64,000 nt of DNA from Tubulanus polymorphus (taxonomy: Eukaryota > Animalia > Nemertea). The stretch is taken from positions 2,069,950-2,133,949 of the forward strand of contig NC_134026.1 in NCBI RefSeq assembly GCF_964204645.1. Reading direction: 5' to 3'. Shown piece by piece: positions 1-14,360 of this stretch. Every line of letters begins with the position of its first letter. Positions within the stretch are counted from its first letter, which is position 1. The translations under genes were made by a program, and so were the position numbers. The notes below the pieces were generated by a model. It was not told where the DNA came from, did no database searches, and saw nothing but the letters and a program-made list of their open reading frames with translations.

Positions 1-107
1 AATTCAGATTTGCCGACTTAAATGGATAGGTGAAAAATATGAGTACATCATTCTTTTTCTTGCAAAATGTGCGATCGTTGAAGAACTGTGTTATTTTCAA
101 GGGATTA

Positions 108-3100
108 CCAGATTCAGTAGGTTTAACAGGAGCTGATTGAACTCTTGGACTAGTTACACTGGCTGTATCAGAACTGTCTTCACCATCTTCAACATTACCA
201 TCATCTGAACTCATTTCTGCTTCTGATATCACTGTTATAGTGGACGCGATACTTTCACAAATAGAAGTAGATCGATCCTTTCCCTAAAAAAAATGTACTT
301 ATCAGTGCCAAAATACAAGAAGAAAAATATGTCAAAATGCTTACTCAAAAAACGCATATCAGACAATTTAAGAAATACCTTATTTTTCTTATATTCGTCG
401 ACTAATGCATCAAGATTAAGTTTTTTCTTGTAGTTGAAATAAAAGTTTTTACACTGTGCTTCACTCTTAGTTGCCACCATGTTTGCGATTGCTGCCCAAT
501 CTTGACCGTGTTGCGCTAATCCTGAAAAAATCCTCGAAGGAATGAACAAACAATCGACCAAAATGTGACGTCTATAAACAAAATTGTTTTGCAGTAGATA
601 GATCTATATCGCTTTAGATTTCACCTTCTTTTGCGTGTTGCATTTCTTCCTCTGTCCATCGTGACGTTTCAGAAGTTTCTACAATTAATAAATTGCGTAC
701 TTGCATATCAAAACTAAAATTACCATTCAAAATTTAAGTAACACAAAGTTTAAAGATTTGAGATACATGAACACTCTGTAGTTATTTCTTAATTCAAAAC
801 CTTAAATCACAATTTGGTCTCTATATGGATGGTGGCCACTTTTGTTTTCCCGGACTTATCCCCGACATGTCTCCCTGACTAATCCCGGACATGTACGTTG
901 TTTTCCCTGATTTGATCGGCTAAGAATTCATCAATTAAAACAGTCAAATACGTAAGACAGAAACAGAAACTGTTTGATTTTATGCGAAATCTAGCAATCT
1001 CAACAAATTTCCCTGACTTTTCCCTGATTTTCAAGTAACTGGCCACCCTGTGGAACTGTGCCATCACTTAAAATTATCATTTTTCACTCTCAGTTTCAGT
1101 TACAGACAAAAGCATTAATTCACCGGCAGACTTACCGGCATCAGCAGACTCTGGCAGTAGAGGAACCAGTGGGTCATTCGTTTGTGGATTTGTACCCAAG
1201 CGACGCGCAATCCGATTGAAACAGGCTGAGCAACATTTAGTAATTTCTTCCGTTATTTCTAAGAAAATCCAGGAATAGAAAAGTGTTGAAATGTAATAGA
1301 TTGGAATAACAATCTCGACAGAATAATCAATATCGCTTACGTAGTTCTTTCATGATTGGTTCTTTGATATCGGCGGGAACTTCAGCCCATTTTGGTGGAA
1401 GAGGTCGCAATCTTTTAACTTTACGCTTCGGAGTTTTACACGTCGGCATTGGGCATCTAGGAATAACAAGTGTCAGCTTTCAAACAACGTGAAATACATG
1501 GAAAAAGTCAAATAAAATCATCCAAGATAAGTGAAAGAAGAACCTTCAAATAATAGCATATTAAATTACATTTCAAGATTTTTAAAAAATTTGCTATAAA
1601 ATCAATAATAACAAGCATCATTCTTTACATACGGTGTGTACCTTCTGCGCACAGAACGACATCTACAACTGCTACAAACTCTCATCTCATCGATCAGATC
1701 CTGCTCATTTAAACCATAAAGATCACAATTGCTTTTGGTAAGTGGTCGACTCAATCCGTAGTGTTCTAATTGTGTCTTACACACAGCACACGTGTGCACA
1801 CCTCCTGTTTCAGCTAATAAAAGGGATACATGATTTTATTTTCGTATAGAATTTTTAGAAAAATCAATGAATAAACTGCATGATATAGTGATTCTCAAGA
1901 GTAGATGCAAATAACTCCAACGAAAACCTGTGTCATCAATTCAACTCAAAAACACAGTTCCATTAGATGATTTGTTATGGATAGAAAACAAAATTGAAAC
2001 GTAATCGGGAGCTAATGCAAATTACAGTCAATCCATCCACGGTTAAGGAGACACAAGTGTGTATAGATTGAGCCCATTTTTAAGTAACGTTATTGCCTTA
2101 AAATTTTCTGTGTCTAATTCATACCTCGTATTTTTATTTCCATAGAAAAATACATGGTCTCATCAAATTTCTATTTAAAACCTTAGACGTGTAGTAATAA
2201 AAATAAATAACAGTGTAATGAGAGACCGGTGTAAAACACGTAGTAAGTACTAAGAAACAAAGTAACAGGTTTCAACTGTCTTCGACCTTTTCCAAGTAAT
2301 GTTGGTGCCGGGTATTTCAGACAGATTGCAAGTGTTTTAATCTTGAATAGGAAATTTTAACGTCTGTAAACCAGGTATTAAAACGGTTATGATATCAAAT
2401 GCTCTTTAAATTGAAATTTGCGAAAAAAACATTACCGGTAAGATGGAATATGTTCACAAATAATAAATATGCTAATGATTTCAATTTTGGTTTGTTCATT
2501 GGTGAGATATAAGTTTTTTAATCGTCAATTTTCAGCAGGTACCCGTTGCTAGCAGGTGCACACTATTTGCGTCGTCACTTCAGACTAACGCTAATAGCAC
2601 ACTTTCACACGTGTTGTTCTACTAGTAATTTTAGATCTAATCGATGGGCTTTTTGATCGCGAATTAACTCCAATAAACTGAGCTATCCTTGGATACATTC
2701 TAAGGGAGTTACTTATAAGCCCAGCAGAGTCTGAAATAATCCGACAGAAAAATAATCTTATCTATCTTCAGTTTATTATTAGGTGCTGGGGGATATTATT
2801 ATTATTATGAAATTCATAACCACGTACTCGATGTGCCAACTGAATTATCATTGTCATCTGAATGTTCGTCATCTGCTTTTACACCACCCTCATCAGCAGC
2901 CTCTTTCTTCAATTTATTTCCAGCTGTATCGGTAGATGATGATGATGGAGCTGCCGCAATATTAGCACTCGCAGCACTACCACTCTCCAATCCTTGTTCC
3001 CTTTAAAAAATCCGAAACCATTTAGTAAGACAATAACGGCAAAGCTTAGTAATAAGAGATTCAGAGTTTTGTTACATATTTGTCACTTAGCACGAATAAA

Positions 3101-6100
3101 TGAAATGATTGTTTCAATCGAGTGTCTAAATATCCTTGGTAAGCTAATATAGCTTTGTGGTAAGCTAATATCTCTAAATTTAGTAGCGAATATTACTGTC
3201 TCGAATATGTAAATATGATACATTTATCAGGTGTATATATGCAGTAATTGGAGAGTATCAAACCATAACAGCGAACGGCAACCTGATTATTCTGTTACAG
3301 GACACTCGTTGTCAAGTATGTTGAGCCTACATGTGTCAACCTGTTTATCACGATTCTCGATATCATAATTCACATTTAATTTCACCACGACTCACTCATT
3401 AGGCAGAGGTGGGCGAAATTCAGTATTTTCTTGAGTATTCTTCTGTTCCTCCTGAGCTGCGCGGGCTTGTTGCTGTTTCTGCAGTTGTCGACGCCGTTTG
3501 ACGTTCTGTTTTCGCAGCAACTGTTTGTAATTTTCACTTTTCTTCGTGAAGTAATAATGCTGAATACAATCTTGAACGCTCTGTAATAGAATTAATTGAA
3601 CGTAATATTTCTAGTCGACATTCTTCTATCACATGACGCTAAACTTAATCAACTCTTTATTCGTTGGACAACTGACCTTTCTTTCCAAATATGAGGCGAT
3701 GACTCCGAAGTTTTTCGGATGCTGCAAAAACTTTTCCTTGAATATCTCTTTTTCGGGATTTGTCCAAATGTTAAGTAGCTGCCTTTCTTTATATTCGGCC
3801 ATGGGATCTTCAATCAGTCCATTGTTGTTGATAAAACGATACTTACGTTGGCGAGCGTCTAACATCATCGGCGGAACCACTGCGTAGCTTCTCATTTTCT
3901 TGTCTTCCTCCTGAAATTCCAGACGAAAAACACGTGCAAGCGTGGACGAGTGACATTTGAAAGGCGTCTCATTCAATTTACTAATCAGTTTACTTCTTGC
4001 TCGTGAAGACCATCCATTATTTGTTCCAATTCGGCTTCACTTCGCGCATAGCCTCCGATGCTGCGAGTTCCAACCCTACAACTAGATAAATCACATCAAT
4101 AGATTATATCCGTTTACTAAACAAATTAATGATGGCATAAAATGATATATTTTTGGTCACAAACTGAATTTTGATGCGAGGCCTTAAAATCGAGTAGTTA
4201 CGATCAGGGAGAAAGAGTCTGTAAATCTGATCTACGTTTTGTTTCACATGAAGTGGTTTAAATTTCTTGAACTCATTCTCTAAACGATACTTCACATGAT
4301 TTCATGATAAGCTGGAAGTTGTTTCATTTATACCGTTCACAATTGATCATACAGTTTGAAATAAAAAGAATTTTGGACCAAGCGCTTCCAGTTATTTGAC
4401 TCAAAGAGCGACATTTTTTTATACTAACTTCGTAAATCTCTCTCTATCTTCTCTCGATTTACGAATTTCTGGAAACAATTTTTCATAGAATTCTCTCATT
4501 TTTGCTTCTTTCGCTCTGAAATACATGTATTTATTGTAGGAATGTAGAAAAAATTTAAAACGAAATATATCTGTGCCATAAAATGAAATGAAATATCTCG
4601 ATTGATTATCATTGAACTTGTTGAAAATAGAACCGATTCGTACGATGAGGGCAAAATCAATATTTGTAATTGATAAACTATCAGTAATGTCTGCTGACCT
4701 CCTTTTAGCGCTGTTTTCAATACGTTCCATTTTTTTCAACCATACTTGCATTAGCTGATCATATCTCTCGGTTAAATACCTCTCCTGAATTAAGTAGGAT
4801 AAAACAGATTTATGGTTACCGTAAATACATTATTTCCCGTTGTTCGGAAATAATGTAATTTATTGAGTGTAATGAATGGATATGTTTAACAATACAGCAT
4901 AATTAAGAATACAGAAAGCGAACTAAAAGCCTAAGACTGAAGACAGCTTGTGGCCAAACAAGGTTGAAATGAAATGGGATGAAATTGTTATCCACGTTAA
5001 GAGATATTAATCGATATGTTTTGGTTTTTTTTAGGTAGACATAAAATTTCTGGAAACTTTTATAACTGAAGATAATGATTTTTCTGATATAAATGGGATT
5101 AATCATCTGCGGTTAATGTCCTAAGAGGTTAAGAGTCAAGTGGGGACTCGTTTATAAATAGGATATGATATCATAATTCATAAAAGTACGGTATTTCCAA
5201 CCTATTTAAACCGGTGATGTTTATTCAAAGTTGTATGACCTAACAATTGATCCATTTTAAAGAAGCAGGTGTGCAAATAAATGTAGATGGACGAACTATC
5301 ATAACTTGTCGGATCGATATCGGATCAATAAACCTGATTCAAAACATTTTCACACTATAGAGTTTGATATAAATTTAGACTATGTAAGAGACCACATACC
5401 CTTATTTTCCTGGCATGGTGTCGCTTTTTGAAGTGTAGAATGAGGCGTTTTTTGAACGTAATAAACCTACAAAAAACGAACAATACCTCGCAGTTGATAT
5501 TCATTCATCGTCGTAAACACTTCTGAATGAAACGAAAAAAATATACACCGGCGGTTTTTTAAACATACTTGCGTTTGTTTTCATGGTAAATTGCGGTGTC
5601 TGAAGGCTGATTGTACAATGGCTGAAATAGAAACGCAAATAAAAAGTCAGCCTAGAAACGCGGCTTTAGTAAACTGCACTAACAATACAAGTCTCATTAT
5701 TTCTTTTTTCGATTACACTTCTCACAATTTCTACATGAAAAGGTAAGTCTCTTCATCCGCATTATAAGGTCTCTCCGAACTCCCCGAATATCAGTAAAAA
5801 TATCCATGTAATACTTACTAGGTCGATTTTAGGACCGAGCTTCGATAAAGTATTATGAGCTGCTTCAGCCTTTCTCTGGAAGAAATGATCGAGAAAAATA
5901 ACGTATCGTACATTTTCCTTACGTATAGATTATTTCTGAACCGAAGTGGGGCGATAATTTCCGGACAATGCCCGAGCTTTTTAACCATTATTTTCACCAA
6001 TCGTGAGTCGACGCTTCAATAAACCATTAATGTATTTAAAAGCGCCGAGGCTCTCGTCAGCTTGAAGTACGCGTTGCAGAATATATTCAACTGACACTCA

Positions 6101-9100
6101 AAACGCATGAATAATTAGCAAAAAATAAAATCGACAAGTAGACACGAAAAACACGACAGAGCGTAAACATAAGATACGATATGAACCTTATTTTCAGCGT
6201 AGATTATTTGAGCGATGCTCTGGTTTTTCGGCTCGGGCACGAGAACCGGTTCGGATTGAGAAGTCTTCTCCTCCGGAGGTTTCGCCGATTCTTCCTCGAG
6301 TTGTTGTTGCTTTTTCTTCAGTTTGCTGATCTGCTGTTCGACTTTCGTGATCTCGCGATCGACACGCGATATCTGCTGCAGTAGATCGTCTTTCTCCGAA
6401 CGCATGCCCGCCATTTCTACTTTCGTCTCCTCCGAAGGTAAAGTCGGCGAGATGGCTTCGACTTGCGGATGATAACCGGGTTCCTAAATCAAAATACAGC
6501 ACCAAAACGATAGTTAATTCACCAATAGGACATTTGTACCGAACTAAACCATGTATCACAAATCAAATCTGTTTTCTTAAAAACCTATGATTTGTTTCTC
6601 ATTTAAAGAAGAAAACAATTTAATGAGGCCCGAGGCCTACAAGAGAGGTCTCAATCAATCCTTATTCGTTAAATCCAGATTGTTCTTAAGGATCCTATTC
6701 CATATACGCTTCTATTGCGTTCATTCTGTTTTTTTTTTGTTATCATTTAATCCCCAGCCTAAACATGTACATCTCTTAACTGAATCAATCTAACGAAAGA
6801 CCTGCTACTAAGCACTCAGGGTTTATCTATCAGGCTGGACACCCATTTGCTCCAGAGCAAAGAGAGGCAATGAGGATAAATGTTTTGCCTAGTTGACACT
6901 ACACTGAGGTTCAAGCCCACGAACTGGCTTCCTAGAGTCGAATGCTATTAACTACCGGGTACTAACCCACACCACCCCTTTAGTGTAGCCTGTAGCTGCC
7001 AGAGTAGGCTAATCTACTCATTAATAATGTTTACTGTAGATAATAATTCATCTGAATCTGAATTTTACGAATACGAATTATTGAGCGAAAACCCGTATTT
7101 TGTGAAATCGAACCTTCTTAATTTCAGCGTTAGTATCGACGTGAAGCGGTTGCGTTAGTTCCGGTCGTAGACTCGTATCGATCGTCAGTCGAGATCGTTT
7201 ACTACTAGCCGCGTACGGTCCGTGTTCCGGCTGCTTGCCGTGCATCATCTGACCGGTGTCGTGTTCATAGCTGTAACGATACTGGTCTGCATGTCTACGA
7301 GGAAGAAAGATTACAAGTTATTGAGAAAACTTGATCCTTCTTGATCGAATAATAAAAAACGACGAAACAGGTGATAATGATACAACGGAAATATCTCGAT
7401 GAAATGTTAACGATATCATTACGATTATGGAGAAATGAAGAGGATGTTTCTATGGAACGCTCAAAGGGATAATATTCCTAAGAACTTCTACAGGGTCCTT
7501 ACAGATCGGCCTGGGTATGAGGAGTTTAAACTTCAAATTTCGAGGAATATCCCAATAGTAGACAGCAGAGTCCTTATAAATCAATACCGTATATCTGGGT
7601 AAACAGTTAATTCAGTGGTTTTGTAAGCAATTACACGCAGTTTCTAATTCAGTAACCGCATAATTTGGGTGAAAATTCTGGGGCCGGTTGCATAGTCGTG
7701 GCTCACACTCAACACCAGTCTAAGACCAACTTAGTTCTATAGCCAATCTAACAACTTAAGACCAGTCTTAAGATTTAAGACAACTTTCGGACTTAAGTCA
7801 CGACTGTGCAACTGGGCCCTGATCCTAACTGTAATGAAATAGATTGCCTAATTGCCTATTTATGAAAATCGAAGGAATTTCAGGCATTTTGTTCAAATTA
7901 AAGGAGTTTCAAGCACGTATAAAAGCATTTTCTGTTTAGAAGGAGTGTTTAAGGAATCAGGTCGTCGTAGTGAGCCTGTTCTAGTAGAACGTAAATGGTT
8001 GGCGGACTCTTCTATTTACCTGTCACGATCTATAGCAGACGCATGCGTATGAAAGTCTTGTAACATGGAAGCGCGACGTCGCAGCTGCGACGGTTCCTCG
8101 CGAAATCGTTCGTGATAATCCTGCGCTCGATCGCTCTAAAAAAATAAAACAAAAATTCAACCTCGATTGGATTTCGAATCACCGCGTGCACAACTGACGG
8201 CATGTTTTTTTGAGATACAGGGTTTGAGTGCAGCGAGGTTGCTGTGGTGTATACGTAGCTATCAGTTTTAGTAAAACCATTAATATGTGCAATACTAGGA
8301 TTACAAAATAATGAGTGCCGTAGTTTTAGTCTAAATTATACTGATAAACAGAGGAACTGGTTCCTGAGTCAAATAAAACCCACAACACTGTGGAATAAAC
8401 TGGGCCATGAGTCTGATCAGAACTGAAATAATATCGAATTCAATCTACGTAAAAATACACGACATGTCGAATGAGGTTCAAGTATTTCGATATAAATATT
8501 GTTTCCGGCAATATTTGAGATATTCTTTCTCAAGACAGCGAGCAACAGAGTATCCACAACAATGTGTCAGGTTTCATTGAGTGTAGGCAGTACATCCATC
8601 ATTACCACTTCATTTGCTTTTCTCCCCCCACCCTGAACGATATATCACCAGCCATTAGGTGTCAATTAATGAAGTTCGTTAAGTGTTTGTTACTTGATGA
8701 ATTCATACGCGATACTAAAAATTAAAATAGAATTTAACACATATCATTTGATATTCAGTGATGTAGGCTATATTTATGAATACAAAGCCAAATATGTAAG
8801 ATGAGGGGATACTATGTACCGGTGGGGTACTGCTTATGCTGCTGAGTGGCAATCGAGGATTCCACTTTTATGTTCAGCTCGGATAGACCGGGCTCGGTCA
8901 TCCAGGTTCAATTTCCTTTACATTATTGAATTAATCTTTTCTCTTAAATGAATGAAAACTGTGTCAATCAGTGAGTAGAAAAATGAATTCAATGTATATC
9001 TTGAGGGTCCCATGATTAATGTATGATTCCGGAGCCTAGAAATACGGTTCGAAGTTGATTGATAGTGAATTAATATTGACTGAGTGCTCGATGGTGGTAT

Positions 9101-12100
9101 CGCAGTTCCCTATCTGAAGGACGAGACACTCTAACCCACGATTTCCAGCCATATTCACTTCTGCCGTTATCGATCACGAAGGAGTCTAGAGTTTCATTAT
9201 TTCTGCATGATGATAGTTAGAGGTATTGCGTTAGAAATCATTAAACCCGCAGTCATAAAAACCCCGATAAACTCAACAATAATTGCGGTATAGAATTGCG
9301 CAAGATATTGAATTCCAATCGGTTCTTTGTGGCGAAATTGTATATCGTACACTGCCACCTCAATAGCCGATATAATGATGGCGACGTGAGGAAAAAATTG
9401 ATTATCAGCAAAATATTCATAATGCCCAACAACTAATCTAGGTCATCTAGTATTTACAGCATTTACTTCAATGTTCAAATCTATACTCATTATCATAAAA
9501 CTTCAATTTTCAAATATTCATCATAATAAAACTTCAATTTTCAAATATTCATTTTAATAGATTTACAATTTCCAACCACTGATTATAATAAAACTTCCAT
9601 TTCGAAATCATTATAATAAACTAGGATAATGAGAACCAATGGTGATAATTTTTGCATGCATCGCAGCGTATCGCGCTCGGCTCTCACTCAATAATGCCGA
9701 GTGTCTCACGATAAACCACAGTGCCTGGGACCTACAAGTACAAGGTCACTTTTTACACGATTAAGTTTAAGTTAAATGTACCGATAACGATAAATCAATT
9801 TTCCGTCGTAGACACGCTCAGCTCTAAAGTTCATATTTTCAAAATATGTATTGAAAAATCAAAAATAGGCTCTCGTTACACTCAGTCAGAATAACAATCA
9901 TGTAATGACTGAAAATGATCCAAATCATTCCACGGGATCCGAATGATTCAAAAGCAATAAATAGACGGATTTAAATCTTCAGCGGTGAGTTAATAGGATA
10001 GCTCGTTAGACCGATTTAGTTCATATCAAAATGTATCTCATATGAGAAGTGACACATTTCAGTTCTTCAATCCTCGATATCTGCATAGAGAGAACCTCTC
10101 AACTGGCTAATGACACGTCTTCCTGTCTCGGCTAAGTCAAATAATGGTATTTTAAGCATATTTTCGCACACTATGGAAATGGTATATTTTCTATAATGGT
10201 AAATAGTACCGTAGAGTGCATTAAACGCGTATATTCAGGTCGAGAGATACAGGAAAGCAAACAAACAGCGGGAAAAAATAGAGCCTGCTTGATAACAATG
10301 TCAAGGTCATTGTCCTCAATCCAGCGCAGGATACTACTCCACGGAGAGGCAAGAGAGCATGTACAGAATACAGGTCATTCACTGAGCTCTTTTCCTATTG
10401 GTTAACGGCATCGCCGATATGAAATTCTAAATGAATCAAAACACCGAAGCTTTTCGCAACCCGAAATAAAATCTGATTCAAAATACATTTCCCGATATCG
10501 ATAAGGCTTAATAGCGATGATAACTTATTCACAATGTACGCAGAATCATTTAAACTAAATATAACGTGAGCATTCCGTCAGACATACAGTTGATTATGGA
10601 GGGGTTCAACTTATACATACATCACAATCTGACTATCGCGACCACTGATGAATTTGATATTAGTTTTAATGTAGTAATACTTACCCGGTATTTCCATTCT
10701 TTTGAAGCAATTTCACCCATATTTCCCGATGCGTTCGAAGTAGTAGCAACTCCCTGAGGCTGGAAATATATCACGATATATACGAATAAAATCACTGTTG
10801 TTGTTGTTGTTGTTGTTGTCAGATTCGAACCGAGGTGATGAACGAACTCATGCTCGATGAATGATTCAACCGTCTGTACGACTGTGTAGAGCTCATTAAA
10901 GTTTACTGTCCGGCAAATAGGACATCATTGATAGATATAAACTAGAGCGAGCGTTGATTAAACCGTTCTCTCTAGCCTGCACGTGAAATGCAGCCAACTG
11001 CAGCGTTTCAGTGCTTATATATTCACCGTGGCTCTTACGGCAACATGTGGCAGACAAATCTATATATCGGTGTCAAACAAAAAGGTCACATGAAAAACAT
11101 ACTCTCGTTCGTGACAACGCGGTGCATTATTTTTAGGTCTATATACTATTTGGACTATGTACTATTACGTAGCTTGATTGTTATTGGTCCGTGGTTTCGG
11201 TAATGGGAGTGATCTCATCATATTTTGTATACTTATCGACCTAGTAACTTACATAGACATCAAAAAAAAAAAAACTGAATATTTGGAACGATCAAAAAGA
11301 AAAGTGCATTTCTTCAGGATACAAGGTTGACAATGGTTTTCAGCAGTTGGACTGAGGCAGCACTTTTCAACAATTCTTTAAAAGTCAAAAGTTGATTATT
11401 TTTCCTTAATCTAAAGATGAGTTGTCAGCATTATTCTATATCGAAAAGATCTCAGTAGAAATTTCCTGCGATGACGTTGTCCAAAAAGTAAAGTACTTGT
11501 CAGCAATAAACAGGATTTTACCGGGGTTTCATTAAGCAGGGCCTATCCACAATTTTCCCAAAATTAAACCTACAAACCCTGCCACTGAACTGAAGTCTTT
11601 TCAAATCAACCAGTTAATTCAATTCAATACATCATTATTGTTCTTTGCGTAATATATGATAGTCAGACGAAGACTTTTTAAAATTAAAAATAAGAAAAAC
11701 GATAATATACGAAATTTGATCACGGATCGGTTTTAGTGAAGTTAGTTGATAGAATTGAGATTTTCACTAATGCCTGTATTTCTAAAATTTAAAAACTGAC
11801 CTCTGCAGAACGTTCCAAGACTTGATTAAGGGCAAAGTGCTTATTCGGAGGTCAACAAGTGACCAGACAATGACCATTAATAACAACAGACGACTTCACA
11901 TGCACCAGACAGTAAATTACTGAGTGAGACCTTATTTATCGTTAGGGTGAATGTGCATTAACCCAACGGGCATTAACCTTTATCATCTATCATCCTTCAA
12001 ACGGTAGGTTTAAATAATAAATGGATGATTTCTTCATTTACCGGTAAATTAGTTACCTAGGACAATATCTTATAGAAATACTCTACGTACATGGACCCAA

Positions 12101-14360
12101 AAACAAAGCGCCGCCTTGTCACAAACGAGAGTGTTTTGAAATAAGTTATTCAAATGAATTTGGGTTTGTTTTTGTACGAAGTGAATAGCGTTTTCCTACA
12201 CAAAAACAAACCCACATACATTCATAATTAACTTATTTCAAATACGACTTCATGGTGTCATTTGGTTGATTTCCATTAAAACTATGCGACGTTATCTGTG
12301 TTCGTATTAAGGCCTAGTACAACTCGTTTTATTGTCAAGTAGAATTCATCCATTTATTATTTAAAGCAAAATGTATTTCAAGCTCCGCGTAGGGCAGAAT
12401 GTTTACGAGTAAAAATCGAGAATTTTGTGCAATTAATTGAAACCCTGGAAAATTTGTATCAACAAACAATAGAAACCTGTAAGGGGTTAGACTTCAAACC
12501 AAAATAAAAGCAAGTTCTGAAAAAATCTTTTTAAAAATATACTTTAAGTCACTTACCTGATAATGTGCAGCGTCTCGACTGTACATTCCATACTGAGGAG
12601 TGGCTAAACCCATACTATAACGCTGTGTTTCCTGATGATAGGATGGATAACCAGTCGGCCTCGCAGCACTCGGGGGTGTTAGAGGTCGCGTTCTCTTGTA
12701 AGGCGATGTCGCCTCATGGCCCGCTGCACCCGGTGGCCCCCTATCGATGAAAACAGGCAAAACATAAAAATCATTAATTGTATTTTACCGAATCTCGACA
12801 ATAAAATTCAACGAATCAAAACACGTTTATGTAAACAATTCAGCCAGCCTGGTTCGTGAAAATGAGCTCCATGCCAAAAAAATACCTGATCTGAAGCCAA
12901 GGTATAACGCCCGAGTTATACGCCCGAGTTGAGTCAAATCTATTGATAAAGCCATGTTTTCTAGGATGCATGACGAGTTTAACTGAGCCATTTCACAGTG
13001 AAACAGAATTCAACAATTAACACGTTTTGATCATGAATTAACACCTCTGAAGAAATGTGCTAAATATAGAGTAGGCCTAGAACCTAGGAAAGCTACATTC
13101 TAAAAGCTACTGCCTGCCTAAAACGAGGATAATTCTTGTTCGCAGATGACCAATATTGCAGTATTATAGTTCAGTACATGCACTTCAAACAAACTATCGA
13201 AGTTGTATTCTGAACTTTTTAGAACAACAGGGGTGGATCCAGTATGTCCTACGACAATTTTGAGTTCCCCTTAAAAAACACTATGCCTATCTAAAAAGGC
13301 TACTCGAAACTTTAGACACTTCTTGAGAGCACCTTTTTAAGCCTGCCAAGTCATATAAGTTTAAATATTGGGCATACCATATCCATTACGGTGAATAATT
13401 TGAGTCCGGTCAGTTTAAAGTATCTGGTCGGCAAATTCTGAGCCTTTAGTCAGTTCCAGTTTTGAGCACCGGTAGGTGAGCGCTAAACCTAACCATTATT
13501 TCAGCTCTAAGCCTGAATAAACCCTAACTCTCTCAACCTTAAAGCAAACCTGGGCCTTAAACCTAACTGGCTAATAGCAGTATTATTATAGTTATTTTCA
13601 TCAATCTATCAATCCTGAGGATGGCATAGCCTAATAACATTTACAAAATTAATTTCCAATTCGCCATATCACTTCCAAAGTCCCAGGCCCAGGCCTTCGT
13701 GATAGATATCATTATTACGGAGCTCCGCTTCGTATTATGCAAGCATCAATATTAACGACTGTGCTCTGGTAACGGAATCCGTAAGCGGAGTGTGATAGCT
13801 CTGGTTACGGAATACGGTTAGCGCATGCGTAATTCACTAGAATTCTGACTATTCGGGATTCGAAATGGAATAAAAAATAGTTGAGTGCTTTACCCACTGA
13901 GCCATAGCACACGACTGAAAGTTGGGCGAGTTCATTTACATATAGCCTCACCTTACCCTAACCCTATTCCTTCACGCATGCGCGTACGTAGATAAAGTGC
14001 AGATTCCCTGTAACCGGAGCCGCAGTTAATCGGAGAGGAGGCCTAATAAATATATTACAGTTATCAGGGCCGATGAGTGAAGGCACTATCCAGTTCCTGG
14101 CGCATCAATACATATTAGATTATGGCCAAATCACAGTAACTTAAACTGGGAGATGCATCTTCGTATGACTGACAAAAGGGAATTTGGGATCCGAATCGCG
14201 ATCTCATCAATTTTCTGCTGGCAAATAAATTTGAAATGGCAGGCCGATCGCGAGCAAAAAGTCCATAAATTCACGCTAGAATTGTGGCTTGAATTAAGGT
14301 AGAATAATTGAAGATTAGTTCTCATATAAAATACCTTTCATTCGGTGGTCTACTCGACAT
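108..14360 (-). CDS. NCOR1: Nuclear receptor corepressor (NCoR/SMRT/SMRTER family); multi-exon, 3' part lies outside the window
   Basis: ATG at 14360 (MSSRPPNER) splices in phase to exon 12557-12740, then to ~8020-8135 ([11 protein letters not shown]). Further exons encode the GPS2-binding coiled coil ([34 protein letters not shown], ~6190-6485), the DAD/SANT1 ([30 protein letters not shown], ~3677-3910) and SANT2 ([48 protein letters not shown], ~379-678). Confidence 0.95.
829..1050. mobile_element. MITE / non-autonomous DNA transposon in an NCoR intron
   Basis: Terminal inverted repeats GGTGGCCA (831) and TGGCCACCCTG (1040-1050), with repeated subterminal TCCCTGA motifs. Confidence 0.6.
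6800..6968 (-). mobile_element. Degenerate tRNA-derived CORE-like SINE
   Basis: The minus strand shows a decayed tRNA-like head (B-box-like GGGCTTGAACC) followed by GTGTCAACTAGGCAAAACATTTATCCTCATTGCCTCTCT...AAATGGGTG, which resembles the invertebrate CORE-SINE body. Confidence 0.55.
7678..7821. mobile_element. MITE
   Basis: About 26-bp imperfect TIRs: CTGGGGCCGGTTGCATAGTCGTGGCT and AGTCACGACTGTGCAACTGGGCCCTG. Internal TAAGAC repeats. Confidence 0.8.
9487..9620. repeat. Degenerate ~30-bp AT-rich tandem repeat
   Basis: ATAAAACTTCAATTTTCAAATATTCAT occurs twice in tandem, followed by decayed copies. Confidence 0.6.
10796..10819. repeat. (TGT)8 microsatellite
   Basis: Read directly from the sequence. 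Confidence 0.9.
12009..12365. mobile_element. MITE with terminal and internal inverted repeats
   Basis: TIRs TTTAAATAATAAATGGATGATTTCT and AGAATTCATCCATTTATTATTTAAA. Internal palindrome GAAATAAGTTATT..TGGGTTTGTTTTTGT / ACAAAAACAAACCCA..AATTAACTTATTTC. Confidence 0.85.
13751..14030. mobile_element. Non-autonomous element with inverted termini, telomere-like CCCTAA motifs and a tRNA-like segment
   Basis: ATTAAC..GCTCTGGTAACGGAATC at the left end is matched by GATTCCCTGTAACCGGAGC..GTTAAT at the right end. Internal CCTTACCCTAACCCTA and, on the minus strand, TGGCTCAGTGG ... TTCGAATCCC. Confidence 0.6.

Noticed and set aside
8820-8901. Alternative NCoR exon ([14 protein letters not shown]...)
   Set aside because: The donor phase after this ATG frame does not match the next exon, and the phase-compatible frame lacks a good acceptor.
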